DNA of 27,083 nucleotides from NCBI GenBank assembly GCA_964493715.1, contig CAZBPC010000042.1:1-27083 (forward strand), given 5' to 3'. The first letter of the stretch is position 1. Each line of letters opens with the position of its first letter. This document shows, piece after piece, positions 1 through 7,750 of this stretch. This DNA comes from an uncultured archaeon. GTDB lineage: Archaea > Asgardarchaeota > Lokiarchaeia > Sigyniarchaeales > SOKP01. The notes under the pieces were generated by a model. That model ran no database searches and had not been told where the DNA came from. It worked only from the letters and a program-made list of their open reading frames with translations. Made by a program: the position numbers and the translations under genes.

Positions 1-2
1 TT

Positions 3-1322
3 GAAGAAATCCGAAAGATTCTGATATACTGCTCTCAAGAAAAAATAGCTGTCAGCCCTTTATCTGGAGGATTATCTGGTGGATTTGCGTGCCCCACGAT
101 TAAACCTGGGGGTGTACTTTTTGACTTAGGACGCATGGATAGAATCATTGAAATAGATGAAAAAAACCGATACGCAATAGTCGAACCCGGCGTAACTAAT
201 GGATCACTTTGGGCTTATATGGAGAAATATCATCCCGATTGGGCACCCCCTATCGCTGATGGAGCCCCACCTGCAGCAACTGTAATGGGAGATGCTATCG
301 ATCGTGGATTTTCACTTTATACATCCAGTGTCGGTCCTCAAGGTGATAATTTCATGGCAGGTGAAATCGTGTTCCCTAACGGAGACGTAGTTCGAACTGG
401 ATCATGGGCACTTCCATTTGCGAAACCTTTCTATAAATATGGTCTAGGACCAGATATGTGGAGTTTTCTTATGGGTTCTCAGGGAACAATGGGCATCATG
501 ACTAAAGTTGCTGTGAAAATTTACCCACACCCAAAATTCAAGACAGTAATCGCTTGGGGCATGAGCAACCCTCAAGATATGCAAGATTTAACCCTTGAAG
601 TCGGCATGCAAGAATTTGGCGTGGCACATAATACAGTTATGGTCCAAGGCGGTAATTATCCCTTAGTAATGACAAGATGGCCTAAAGATAAAGTACCTCA
701 TGACTATGAATTCTATAAAGAAATGGGAATCCCAGAGTGGTGGATGAACTGGGAATGTTGGGCTCAGAGCCAGGAGGAATTGGACTTTGTCACTAACAAG
801 ATCAATGAAATGGCAGAAGATTTCAAGAAAAATCGAGCTAAAGACGGAGATGCCATGAAACCGTGGGTACTCCATCCAAAACAGATAGAAAGCAGATTAA
901 AGAAACCAAACAAAATTGCAATTCCATATTCATTCTGGGAAGCAGGATTCTTATTTATCACGTGGTATACACCATGGAACGAATGTGCTCACTTCGCGGA
1001 GATGTATAATGCTGCGATGGAGAAATATGGTTTCCCACCAGTCATGTGGATTGCTAGCATCGAGAGATGCCGCCAAGCAATATGCATGCCCATCGTGTGC
1101 TTCGATAGCACTAAACCAGAAGATTTTGAGCGAGTTCAAGCATTAAATCTCGAAACTACTGAATATGGATTAAAGCAAGGTTGGTTAAATTACAGACCAG
1201 ATCCTTATATCCATATACAAGCTTACTATCAAGCCGGAATGTATTGGAAATATTTACGGGCATTTAAAAAACTCGTAGATCCGAACGGAATTATGCACCC
1301 TGGAAGATTAGCTCTTCCGTAA
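3..1322 (+). CDS. FAD-binding oxidoreductase, VAO/PCMH/GlcD (FAD_binding_4) superfamily; 5'-partial
   Basis: Frame is open from the window edge (EEIRKILIYC...GGVLFDLGRM), so the gene starts upstream of the listed ATG at 135. Motifs MDRIIEID..YAIVEPGV, GSQGTMGIMTK and C-terminal DPNGIMHPG are typical of this fold. Confidence 0.9.
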   Translation, partial: EEIRKILIYCSQEKIAVSPLSGGLSGGFACPTIKPGGVLFDLGRMDRIIEIDEKNRYAIVEPGVTNGSLWAYMEKYHPDWAPPIADGAPPAATVMGDAIDRGFSLYTSSVGPQGDNFMAGEIVFPNGDVVRTGSWALPFAKPFYKYGLGPDMWSFLMGSQGTMGIMTKVAVKIYPHPKFKTVIAWGMSNPQDMQDLTLEVGMQEFGVAHNTVMVQGGNYPLVMTRWPKDKVPHDYEFYKEMGIPEWWMNWECWAQSQEELDFVTNKINEMAEDFKKNRAKDGDAMKPWVLHPKQIESRLKKPNKIAIPYSFWEAGFLFITWYTPWNECAHFAEMYNAAMEKYGFPPVMWIASIERCRQAICMPIVCFDSTKPEDFERVQALNLETTEYGLKQGWLNYRPDPYIHIQAYYQAGMYWKYLRAFKKLVDPNGIMHPGRLALP

Positions 1323-1326
1323 ACTT

Positions 1327-1333
1327 AGGAGGT
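1327..1333 (+). promoter_or_regulatory. Shine-Dalgarno site of the Fe-S protein gene
   Basis: AGGAGGT ends 7 nt before the ATG at 1341; 18-nt intergenic gap suggests an operon with the FAD protein. Confidence 0.75.
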
Positions 1334-1340
1334 AAAAAAA

Positions 1341-2843
1341 ATGGCAAAAACAGGAATGGAAAGATTAGAAGAATTAAAACCAGAAATATATAAATGCATT
1401 CATTGTAAAGCATGTCGATTCGCTTATTCAGGAGAGCCAAGTAGAAAAGGTATTGGCGAACATACTGGAAAAACAGGAAAATCAATCCTTTACGAAGGAA
1501 TGGTGGATTCATGCCCTGCAGGAATAGAATATGGTTGGGAAGCTTTCTGGAATGCAGGAAAAGTATGGATTGCACGTTCAATCCTCTCTGGAGATTTAGA
1601 GTTTACCGAGGAAGTTAGAGACGTTATCATGCCTTGCATTACTTGCGGACAATGTTCTGCCCAATGTGAAAATAAGATTCCCACCGTTGACATCATAGAA
1701 GCTTTGAGGGCTGCTTTGGTAGAGGCAGGAGTTCCAATGATAGATAAACATCAATTAGTAGATAGGTTAGTAAAGGAACTCAATAACCCATACGGCGGGA
1801 AAGCAGATGAACGATTCAAATGGGCTAAAGATGCGGGCTTAGGGAAGTACGTGAATAATAAGGAGGCAAAGATCGGATATTATGTTGGATGTACTGCCAG
1901 TTATCGACAAGTTGAAGTAGCGATAGCAACAGCTAAACTTTTTGATCAATTAGGAATGAATTTTACGTTAATTGAAGAAGAAGTTTGTTGTGGTAGTCCA
2001 TTTTTCAGAGTCGGCGCAGTTGATACAGCACAAGAGCTAATGAACAAAAATCTTGAAAATTTCAAGCATTTAGAAAAAGTGTATTTCTCCTGTGCAGGAT
2101 GTTACAGGACTTTTACCATAGATTATCCAAAATGGATGCCTGCGGGTGAAAAACTCCCATTTAAAACGCAGCATGCTTTTGAGTTAATCTCAAGCTTGAT
2201 TTCAATTCCAAAGAAGAAAAGAGAAATACCTGCTGAAATTGACGCCCTCAAGAAAAAGCTGAAAGATAAACCTGATAAACGAATAGAAGGTCAGATCAAG
2301 CGCTTAGAAGCAGAATACTCAAAAATTAAGGAGTTTAAAGGCGAGATCAAATTTAAACCTAACAAGGAACTCAAGGGAAAAGTCGTTACGTACCATGACC
2401 CCTGCCACACCGGCCGTCACTTCGCGATCGATATGGAGCAAGAAATGATCAAGGAATCAAAGAATCTCATGTTTGACATGCGCCTAATTAATCAGAGAAT
2501 TGAGGAATGGTTCGAGATCCCACGTATAATTCTTAGAAAACTTGAAGAAGATGTCGGTATTAAGTTTACAGAGATGTACAGGATCAAATTAAATAGCATG
2601 TGTTGCGGTGCTGGAGGCGGAGTGAGAGCAGGCTATCCAGAATTTTCGCTTCGAACTGCAAGCTTACGATGTGATGAAGCAAATGCCGTAAATGCTGATA
2701 TTCTGACTACTGAGTGTCCATTTTGCTGGCGTAATTTGACGGATGCAAATGAACAATACAATCATGGAATGATTGTCATGGGTGTTCTCGAAATGATCTC
2801 TAAATACAATCTCTTGGATATAATTGAAAAACCAGAATTTTAA
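1341..2843 (+). CDS. (Fe-S)-binding protein, GlcF/HdrD-like (2x[4Fe-4S] plus two CCG domains)
   Basis: CIHCKAC...CP and CITCGQCSAQC ferredoxin motifs; CCG repeats YVGC..CCG..SCAGC and YHDPCH..CCGAGGG..ECPFC. Confidence 0.92.
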   Translation: MAKTGMERLEELKPEIYKCIHCKACRFAYSGEPSRKGIGEHTGKTGKSILYEGMVDSCPAGIEYGWEAFWNAGKVWIARSILSGDLEFTEEVRDVIMPCITCGQCSAQCENKIPTVDIIEALRAALVEAGVPMIDKHQLVDRLVKELNNPYGGKADERFKWAKDAGLGKYVNNKEAKIGYYVGCTASYRQVEVAIATAKLFDQLGMNFTLIEEEVCCGSPFFRVGAVDTAQELMNKNLENFKHLEKVYFSCAGCYRTFTIDYPKWMPAGEKLPFKTQHAFELISSLISIPKKKREIPAEIDALKKKLKDKPDKRIEGQIKRLEAEYSKIKEFKGEIKFKPNKELKGKVVTYHDPCHTGRHFAIDMEQEMIKESKNLMFDMRLINQRIEEWFEIPRIILRKLEEDVGIKFTEMYRIKLNSMCCGAGGGVRAGYPEFSLRTASLRCDEANAVNADILTTECPFCWRNLTDANEQYNHGMIVMGVLEMISKYNLLDIIEKPEF

Positions 2844-2850
2844 TTAATTC

Positions 2851-2872
2851 TAATTTTTTTATTTTTATTTTT
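2851..2872 (+). terminator. Archaeal oligo-T terminator
   Basis: taatttttttatttttattttt directly after the stop at 2843. Confidence 0.55.
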
Positions 2873-2873
2873 A

Positions 2874-3182
2874 GTGATTTTCATTAAGAATGCTAGTTGG
2901 TATGATATTCCCAATTGTCTATTTGTTAGTGCTTCTTCTAACGTGTTCTCTTGGTATTGGATAAACAACCTGAATGGAGATGGATTTGCTGGTTCTTGGT
3001 TTTTCCACCAATTCTGGGAGCAACTTGATCAAAATCAAACGATCAATAATGCGTTCACTTTCGCAATAAATTTCGTTCCGTTCAATCGTGGTCTTCCTTT
3101 ATTGATTTCTCAAATGCCCTTGATGCATGATAACATGGGAATAAACATGACTGGGAGTTTCAATATTGATCCTCCACTCTAA
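2874..3182 (+). pseudogene. Probable gene remnant resembling the C-terminal half of a caspase/C13 (clan CD) peptidase
   Basis: Pattern LFVSAS..S..GSWFF..F...L.QN.TI.NAF..A....Q.P...D resembles the region after the catalytic Cys. No His/Cys dyad; the GTG start abuts a terminator with no RBS. Confidence 0.4.
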
Positions 3183-3322
3183 TTTATTTTTTTTTAACTT
3201 ATCGTTTTTCTAACCACTGCAATGAATCGCAAATACTATTTTTTAACCTAATGACAAAAAAATAAATGCTAATGTTTTCACTAGTATTAAAAATATCTCG
3301 CGGGTTTCATTAATTGACAAAC

Positions 3323-6300
3323 ATGGTAGATAAAACAGCATATCCATACATAACGGAATTTAAAAAAGAGCCATATAAATCTTATGCCCTGATTCAGGAA
3401 AGGAAAATAAAAAGTTTTTACATTAAGGAATATGATAAAATTAAAGAGATATATCATAATTTTCAAAAAATTCCGATTCCGGAACAGGATCTGAATTTAG
3501 AAAGTCTATATTGGTTTCTATTGGGAAGGAAATTTTTAAAAGAACTTCAACTTGATCAAAAAGAAGAATATTGCAATTTCATCACAAGGTGCGAAGTCGA
3601 TATCTTAGAAAAGGATCAAATTGGGTTTAAGATGGACCCAAATTCCGAAAAATTACCCGATTTATGGTCAACTTATTATGCGATATCTTGTTTAAACCTC
3701 TTGGGATATTTAAAAGAGCGTTTAATTTCAGAGAAAGGAGAGTCTGATTTTTTAAGAAAAATTAAGAATTTTGTTTTCGAGCACAAGAAGCAAGATAAAT
3801 TCTATCATTGTCTTGAAAAAGACTGCCAAATTAGAAAAAAACCTCTTTCCTCCATGACCTTATATTTTGTACTTGAGATGTTCATCATGCTCGGAATTGA
3901 TGTGAGATATTACAAGGAGCAATTCCGAAATTATTTATCTGAGAGGCATAAGAATTTCTCAATTGTGTTTAAATTACTTACTATGAAATATTTAGATCTT
4001 GAATCTGATGTAAAAGATAAAGAACTTCAATTTATTCATCAAAATCAAAAAAGTGATGGAGGATTTGGTTTTAATGATGATGATAGTGATATTAATGATA
4101 CTTTTTGGATTGTTAATGTATTAGATAGTTATTCATGGTCAATGGATTATAATCCAGTTGGTATTTATTCATTCATAAACCTAAAATTGAGTCAGATTCT
4201 AGATCCGAATAATCTCATTAATATCGAGCAATTATCTAGCCTCTCAAAATTAATCATTTTATTATGTTTAATTTGGAAGAAATTCATTGAAAACATTGAA
4301 CGCGTTCTATTCAGGCAACTTGAAAGATTTAGATATATTGACATCCTTCAAATTGAGAAAACATTCGGTCTCTTTCATGGAATCGATGAAATTGTTTTAT
4401 ATATTAATCTTAGTTACTCATTTAATCTTAAAATTATTGATAATAAAAAAGAATTTAAATCTTTCTTATCGAAGATTGATAAGAGACAAGCTATCTTCTT
4501 ACAGGAATTTTATACGCAATTAGAAGAAAAAAGTATTATTTCCTTATCAGAAATTCTCAAAAAACAAAAGAATTCATTTCCCAATAATTCGGTAAAAATA
4601 AGAGAAGAGATTTTCCCATTGATCAATCAATTGATAGAGAGAAATTTTTTTAAGGGTAATATCAGAAGCAAAAAGGGATTCTCCCTTAAAACCAAGCATT
4701 ATTTCTTTTTAGAATTTTTCCTCGAGAAAATTATCATTACAGATACGAAAATAAATACTGAACGAATTTTTGAGGAAAAGGTCAGATTGGAAGAAATAAA
4801 AAACGACATTTTTAATATGACTTTAAATTTGAAAAACGCTACGGAACAAATTAAAGATGAAATAGAATCTTATCTTCTAATAGATGAGATTAATTATGCG
4901 AAAGAAAGACTCAAATTTTTACTAAGGAATTCTTTAATGGAAGCCGATTTTCTAAATGAAAACATTGAAAATTCGTTTAATGAGGATTTAATATACATCA
5001 ATATTCAAGCAACATTAAAAAATGAAATATTAGCTTGGAACAAGCTTTATTCTGCTCTTCAAAAACGGCTGATTGAAATTGAAAAATATTTATTAGAGAA
5101 AATTCAAGAAAAAGAAGAATTAAGAAATTTTACCTGGTTATTGGATAAATTAGAAGATAAAATCTTTGAATTGCGCGATCATGTTAACATGGATATAAAC
5201 TCGTTTCGAATTAGTATATCAGAACTATTTGAAGAAGGATATGATGATGAGAAGTTCAATCTTGTTACCACCCGTTTGAGTAAATTATCTCAAAATGTCA
5301 GTAATTATGACCAAATAATCTATAAAATTTCCCAACAGATTACGTCAAAAGATAAGAAAATCGTAAAGAAACATAAAAAAGTAATTGATGGATGGATTGA
5401 AATTAAGACCGAATTTGATTCTCAATTTTCATATTATACAATTGGTTTTCAATTTTTTAATGAAACTCGAGCCATCATTGAAGGAGTCATTAAAGAAATT
5501 AAAGTTGGGATTCAAAACATTGAAGATAACGTTGCTAATTTAGTAAAAAACAATCAGTTTAAGGAAGCTTTTGAAATCATTAAAGAACAATCAGATATGC
5601 TTCTCGCGCAGAAAAGGGCAGAGATTAAATCTATTGGAGTAAATCTGAAAAATGAAATAAAAAATAAACAAAAACTTTTTACACTTTTCAAACACCTTCA
5701 AGAGCGTTTAGAGAGAGTGGATGAAAATATTATTGATCTAATTGCAAAACAAGGGCAATCAATTAAAAGCAAAGTTGTTGAGGAGCGTAATCGGGCCAAA
5801 AGTGAGGATTTAGATAATTTTGTCATCAAACAAATTCAAGAATATAAATCAAGATTAGATTCCTATAAATTAACATTAGATCAGATGAAAAATAAGAAAA
5901 TTTCAGACGTTTCGAGTGAATTTGATAATATATTATCAGATTTTGAAAATACTGATAAAAAATTTAAAAAAAAATATGATGATCTTCTGAGTATTGTTGA
6001 TGATTTTGATGAAGAACCAATTACAATTGTTCAATGGAATCAATTCAAAGAATTTTTATCAAATGAAATTGTTAAATTGAAAGAGGAATATATAGATGAA
6101 ATAATTTCAGATGAGGTAAACATACTCACAAAAGAAACTAGCTCTGATATGATAGACATAAAGAGATTAGCAGATAATTTGAATCTTAAATGTAAGACCG
6201 TAATCCCGCGAATTAAAGATCTTATCGAAATTTCTAAAATTCAAGGAGAACTTTTTGAAGATAAAAAAGAACTATTGGTCCACACCAAGGATTATTATAA

Positions 6301-7729
6301 AAACAAAGAACTTACAAATTTTGTGGAGAATAAACTATTAAAACAAATTCAAGAGACTATTGGAAAATTTTTAGCATTATATGAGTCTTGTATGAAAAAT
6401 AAAACGCTTGGTGTAAATATTCTTGAAATTCAAAATAGAATTGATGATCTAAGAGATTTTAATGTGAAATTCAATAATGAATTTAAAATTAAAGCACAAG
6501 AATTGACAGTAAATGAAGAAAGAGTGGAAAATATTGATATTAAAAAACGATTAATAGATATCGTTGAAGTTTATAAACAATCTATAGTAAACATTGAGAG
6601 TAACTTAAAATTTTTCATTGATATGCAACAATTTATTGATCGGGAATACAATTCTCTCAAGTTTAATTTAGATAAACACTTTTCTAAATTTTTTGAGGAA
6701 TCAGAAAAAAGTGAATCTTATATTAAAACAATTGAGATCCTAAAGAATAAAATGGTGAAATTCGAAGAATATCTTAAAAATATACATTTAAAAATTGAAC
6801 GAACATTACAAGGAATCCTGAATAAATCATCTGAAATACAAAAATTCGAGACTGAAATAAGAGAATATAATGTGAAGAAAAAAAATGAATTTCGATTACT
6901 GTATGATAAGAAGATTTTAAAAATTCAAGAAGGAATTGAAATGATAAAATTTGAAACTTATCGTACTGAATTATCAGATTCTATTAACAAAACTAAAATT
7001 CATTTGAGCCAATTATTAGGAATGTTGCTAGCAAGGGTAGAAGATTATATTGAAACAGAACAATTTAAAAAAGCTTATAGTAAGATTAAATTAAGAGAGA
7101 AGGATATTGAGTCTGAAATTAAAGAAAATCATAAGAAAATCAAAATCTTAGTAAAAGATTATGAAAAGTTATCACATAATTTTGAAACGAAAAATAAGCA
7201 CTTGATAAAGGATTTTGATATATTCATAAACGAGTTCCAAGATATTGTAATTGAAAAGGTTAAATCTTCTGAGGAACAAATACTTAAAACATATGTCCAA
7301 ATGGCAATTAAAGCAGTGGCTCATAAAGTGTTAACATTGAGTTTCCTCCAAAATGAGTTAAAAATAAAAAAACAAGTAATTCAGAAGCATTTAATATCAT
7401 TAATTAGTGCTGATCAATTGTCTGGTAAATATGATCCTCTTTTAGGTATATATTATGAAGATCCTGAAGCTCTTAAAGAATTGGACGAGAAAGAACTTGA
7501 AGTAATGACTAAAATGAATTTTCGGGTCCATAGAATAATTAAACGCTTAAAAGTGTTTGGTAGCCAATATGGGAGTATATTAGCTATATTTTCTCCATTA
7601 CTTGCAGTAGTTTACTACATATTCATGTTAACAGGTCAAAATCCAGTGACAGTAATCATTTCCGGATTTTTTATTGGTGTCATCCTAATCTATATAATGC
7701 TTAAGAAAAGAAAAGAGGATAAAATATAG
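3323..7729 (+). CDS. Large membrane-anchored protein: prenyltransferase/squalene-cyclase-type repeats, winged-helix (PCI-like) modules, long coiled coils, C-terminal TM hairpin
   Basis: 4.4-kb ORF (TTG 3314 or ATG 3323). QKSDGGFG..SDINDTFW and GF....PDLWSTYYA repeats; E/K/I-rich helical stretches; two hydrophobic helices followed by KKRKEDKI. Confidence 0.8.
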   Translation: MVDKTAYPYITEFKKEPYKSYALIQERKIKSFYIKEYDKIKEIYHNFQKIPIPEQDLNLESLYWFLLGRKFLKELQLDQKEEYCNFITRCEVDILEKDQIGFKMDPNSEKLPDLWSTYYAISCLNLLGYLKERLISEKGESDFLRKIKNFVFEHKKQDKFYHCLEKDCQIRKKPLSSMTLYFVLEMFIMLGIDVRYYKEQFRNYLSERHKNFSIVFKLLTMKYLDLESDVKDKELQFIHQNQKSDGGFGFNDDDSDINDTFWIVNVLDSYSWSMDYNPVGIYSFINLKLSQILDPNNLINIEQLSSLSKLIILLCLIWKKFIENIERVLFRQLERFRYIDILQIEKTFGLFHGIDEIVLYINLSYSFNLKIIDNKKEFKSFLSKIDKRQAIFLQEFYTQLEEKSIISLSEILKKQKNSFPNNSVKIREEIFPLINQLIERNFFKGNIRSKKGFSLKTKHYFFLEFFLEKIIITDTKINTERIFEEKVRLEEIKNDIFNMTLNLKNATEQIKDEIESYLLIDEINYAKERLKFLLRNSLMEADFLNENIENSFNEDLIYINIQATLKNEILAWNKLYSALQKRLIEIEKYLLEKIQEKEELRNFTWLLDKLEDKIFELRDHVNMDINSFRISISELFEEGYDDEKFNLVTTRLSKLSQNVSNYDQIIYKISQQITSKDKKIVKKHKKVIDGWIEIKTEFDSQFSYYTIGFQFFNETRAIIEGVIKEIKVGIQNIEDNVANLVKNNQFKEAFEIIKEQSDMLLAQKRAEIKSIGVNLKNEIKNKQKLFTLFKHLQERLERVDENIIDLIAKQGQSIKSKVVEERNRAKSEDLDNFVIKQIQEYKSRLDSYKLTLDQMKNKKISDVSSEFDNILSDFENTDKKFKKKYDDLLSIVDDFDEEPITIVQWNQFKEFLSNEIVKLKEEYIDEIISDEVNILTKETSSDMIDIKRLADNLNLKCKTVIPRIKDLIEISKIQGELFEDKKELLVHTKDYYKNKELTNFVENKLLKQIQETIGKFLALYESCMKNKTLGVNILEIQNRIDDLRDFNVKFNNEFKIKAQELTVNEERVENIDIKKRLIDIVEVYKQSIVNIESNLKFFIDMQQFIDREYNSLKFNLDKHFSKFFEESEKSESYIKTIEILKNKMVKFEEYLKNIHLKIERTLQGILNKSSEIQKFETEIREYNVKKKNEFRLLYDKKILKIQEGIEMIKFETYRTELSDSINKTKIHLSQLLGMLLARVEDYIETEQFKKAYSKIKLREKDIESEIKENHKKIKILVKDYEKLSHNFETKNKHLIKDFDIFINEFQDIVIEKVKSSEEQILKTYVQMAIKAVAHKVLTLSFLQNELKIKKQVIQKHLISLISADQLSGKYDPLLGIYYEDPEALKELDEKELEVMTKMNFRVHRIIKRLKVFGSQYGSILAIFSPLLAVVYYIFMLTGQNPVTVIISGFFIGVILIYIMLKKRKEDKI

Positions 7730-7750
7730 CATATATCACAATTTTACTTT

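Noticed and set aside
663-1696. Short overlapping ORFs (663-875, 764-961, 916-1146, 951-1139, 1291-1581, 1490-1696)
   Set aside because: Antisense or off-frame shadows of well-supported genes, with no motifs.
2841-2876. ORF 2874 is in frame with the Fe-S gene, separated by one TAA (possible readthrough fusion)
   Set aside because: The Fe-S protein ends at its normal family C-terminus and the linker is a T-rich terminator, which lacks stops by composition.
3323-7729. SMC/Rad50 or chemoreceptor identity for the large coiled-coil protein
   Set aside because: No Walker A/B, ABC signature or MCP hairpin motif; it has a C-terminal membrane anchor.
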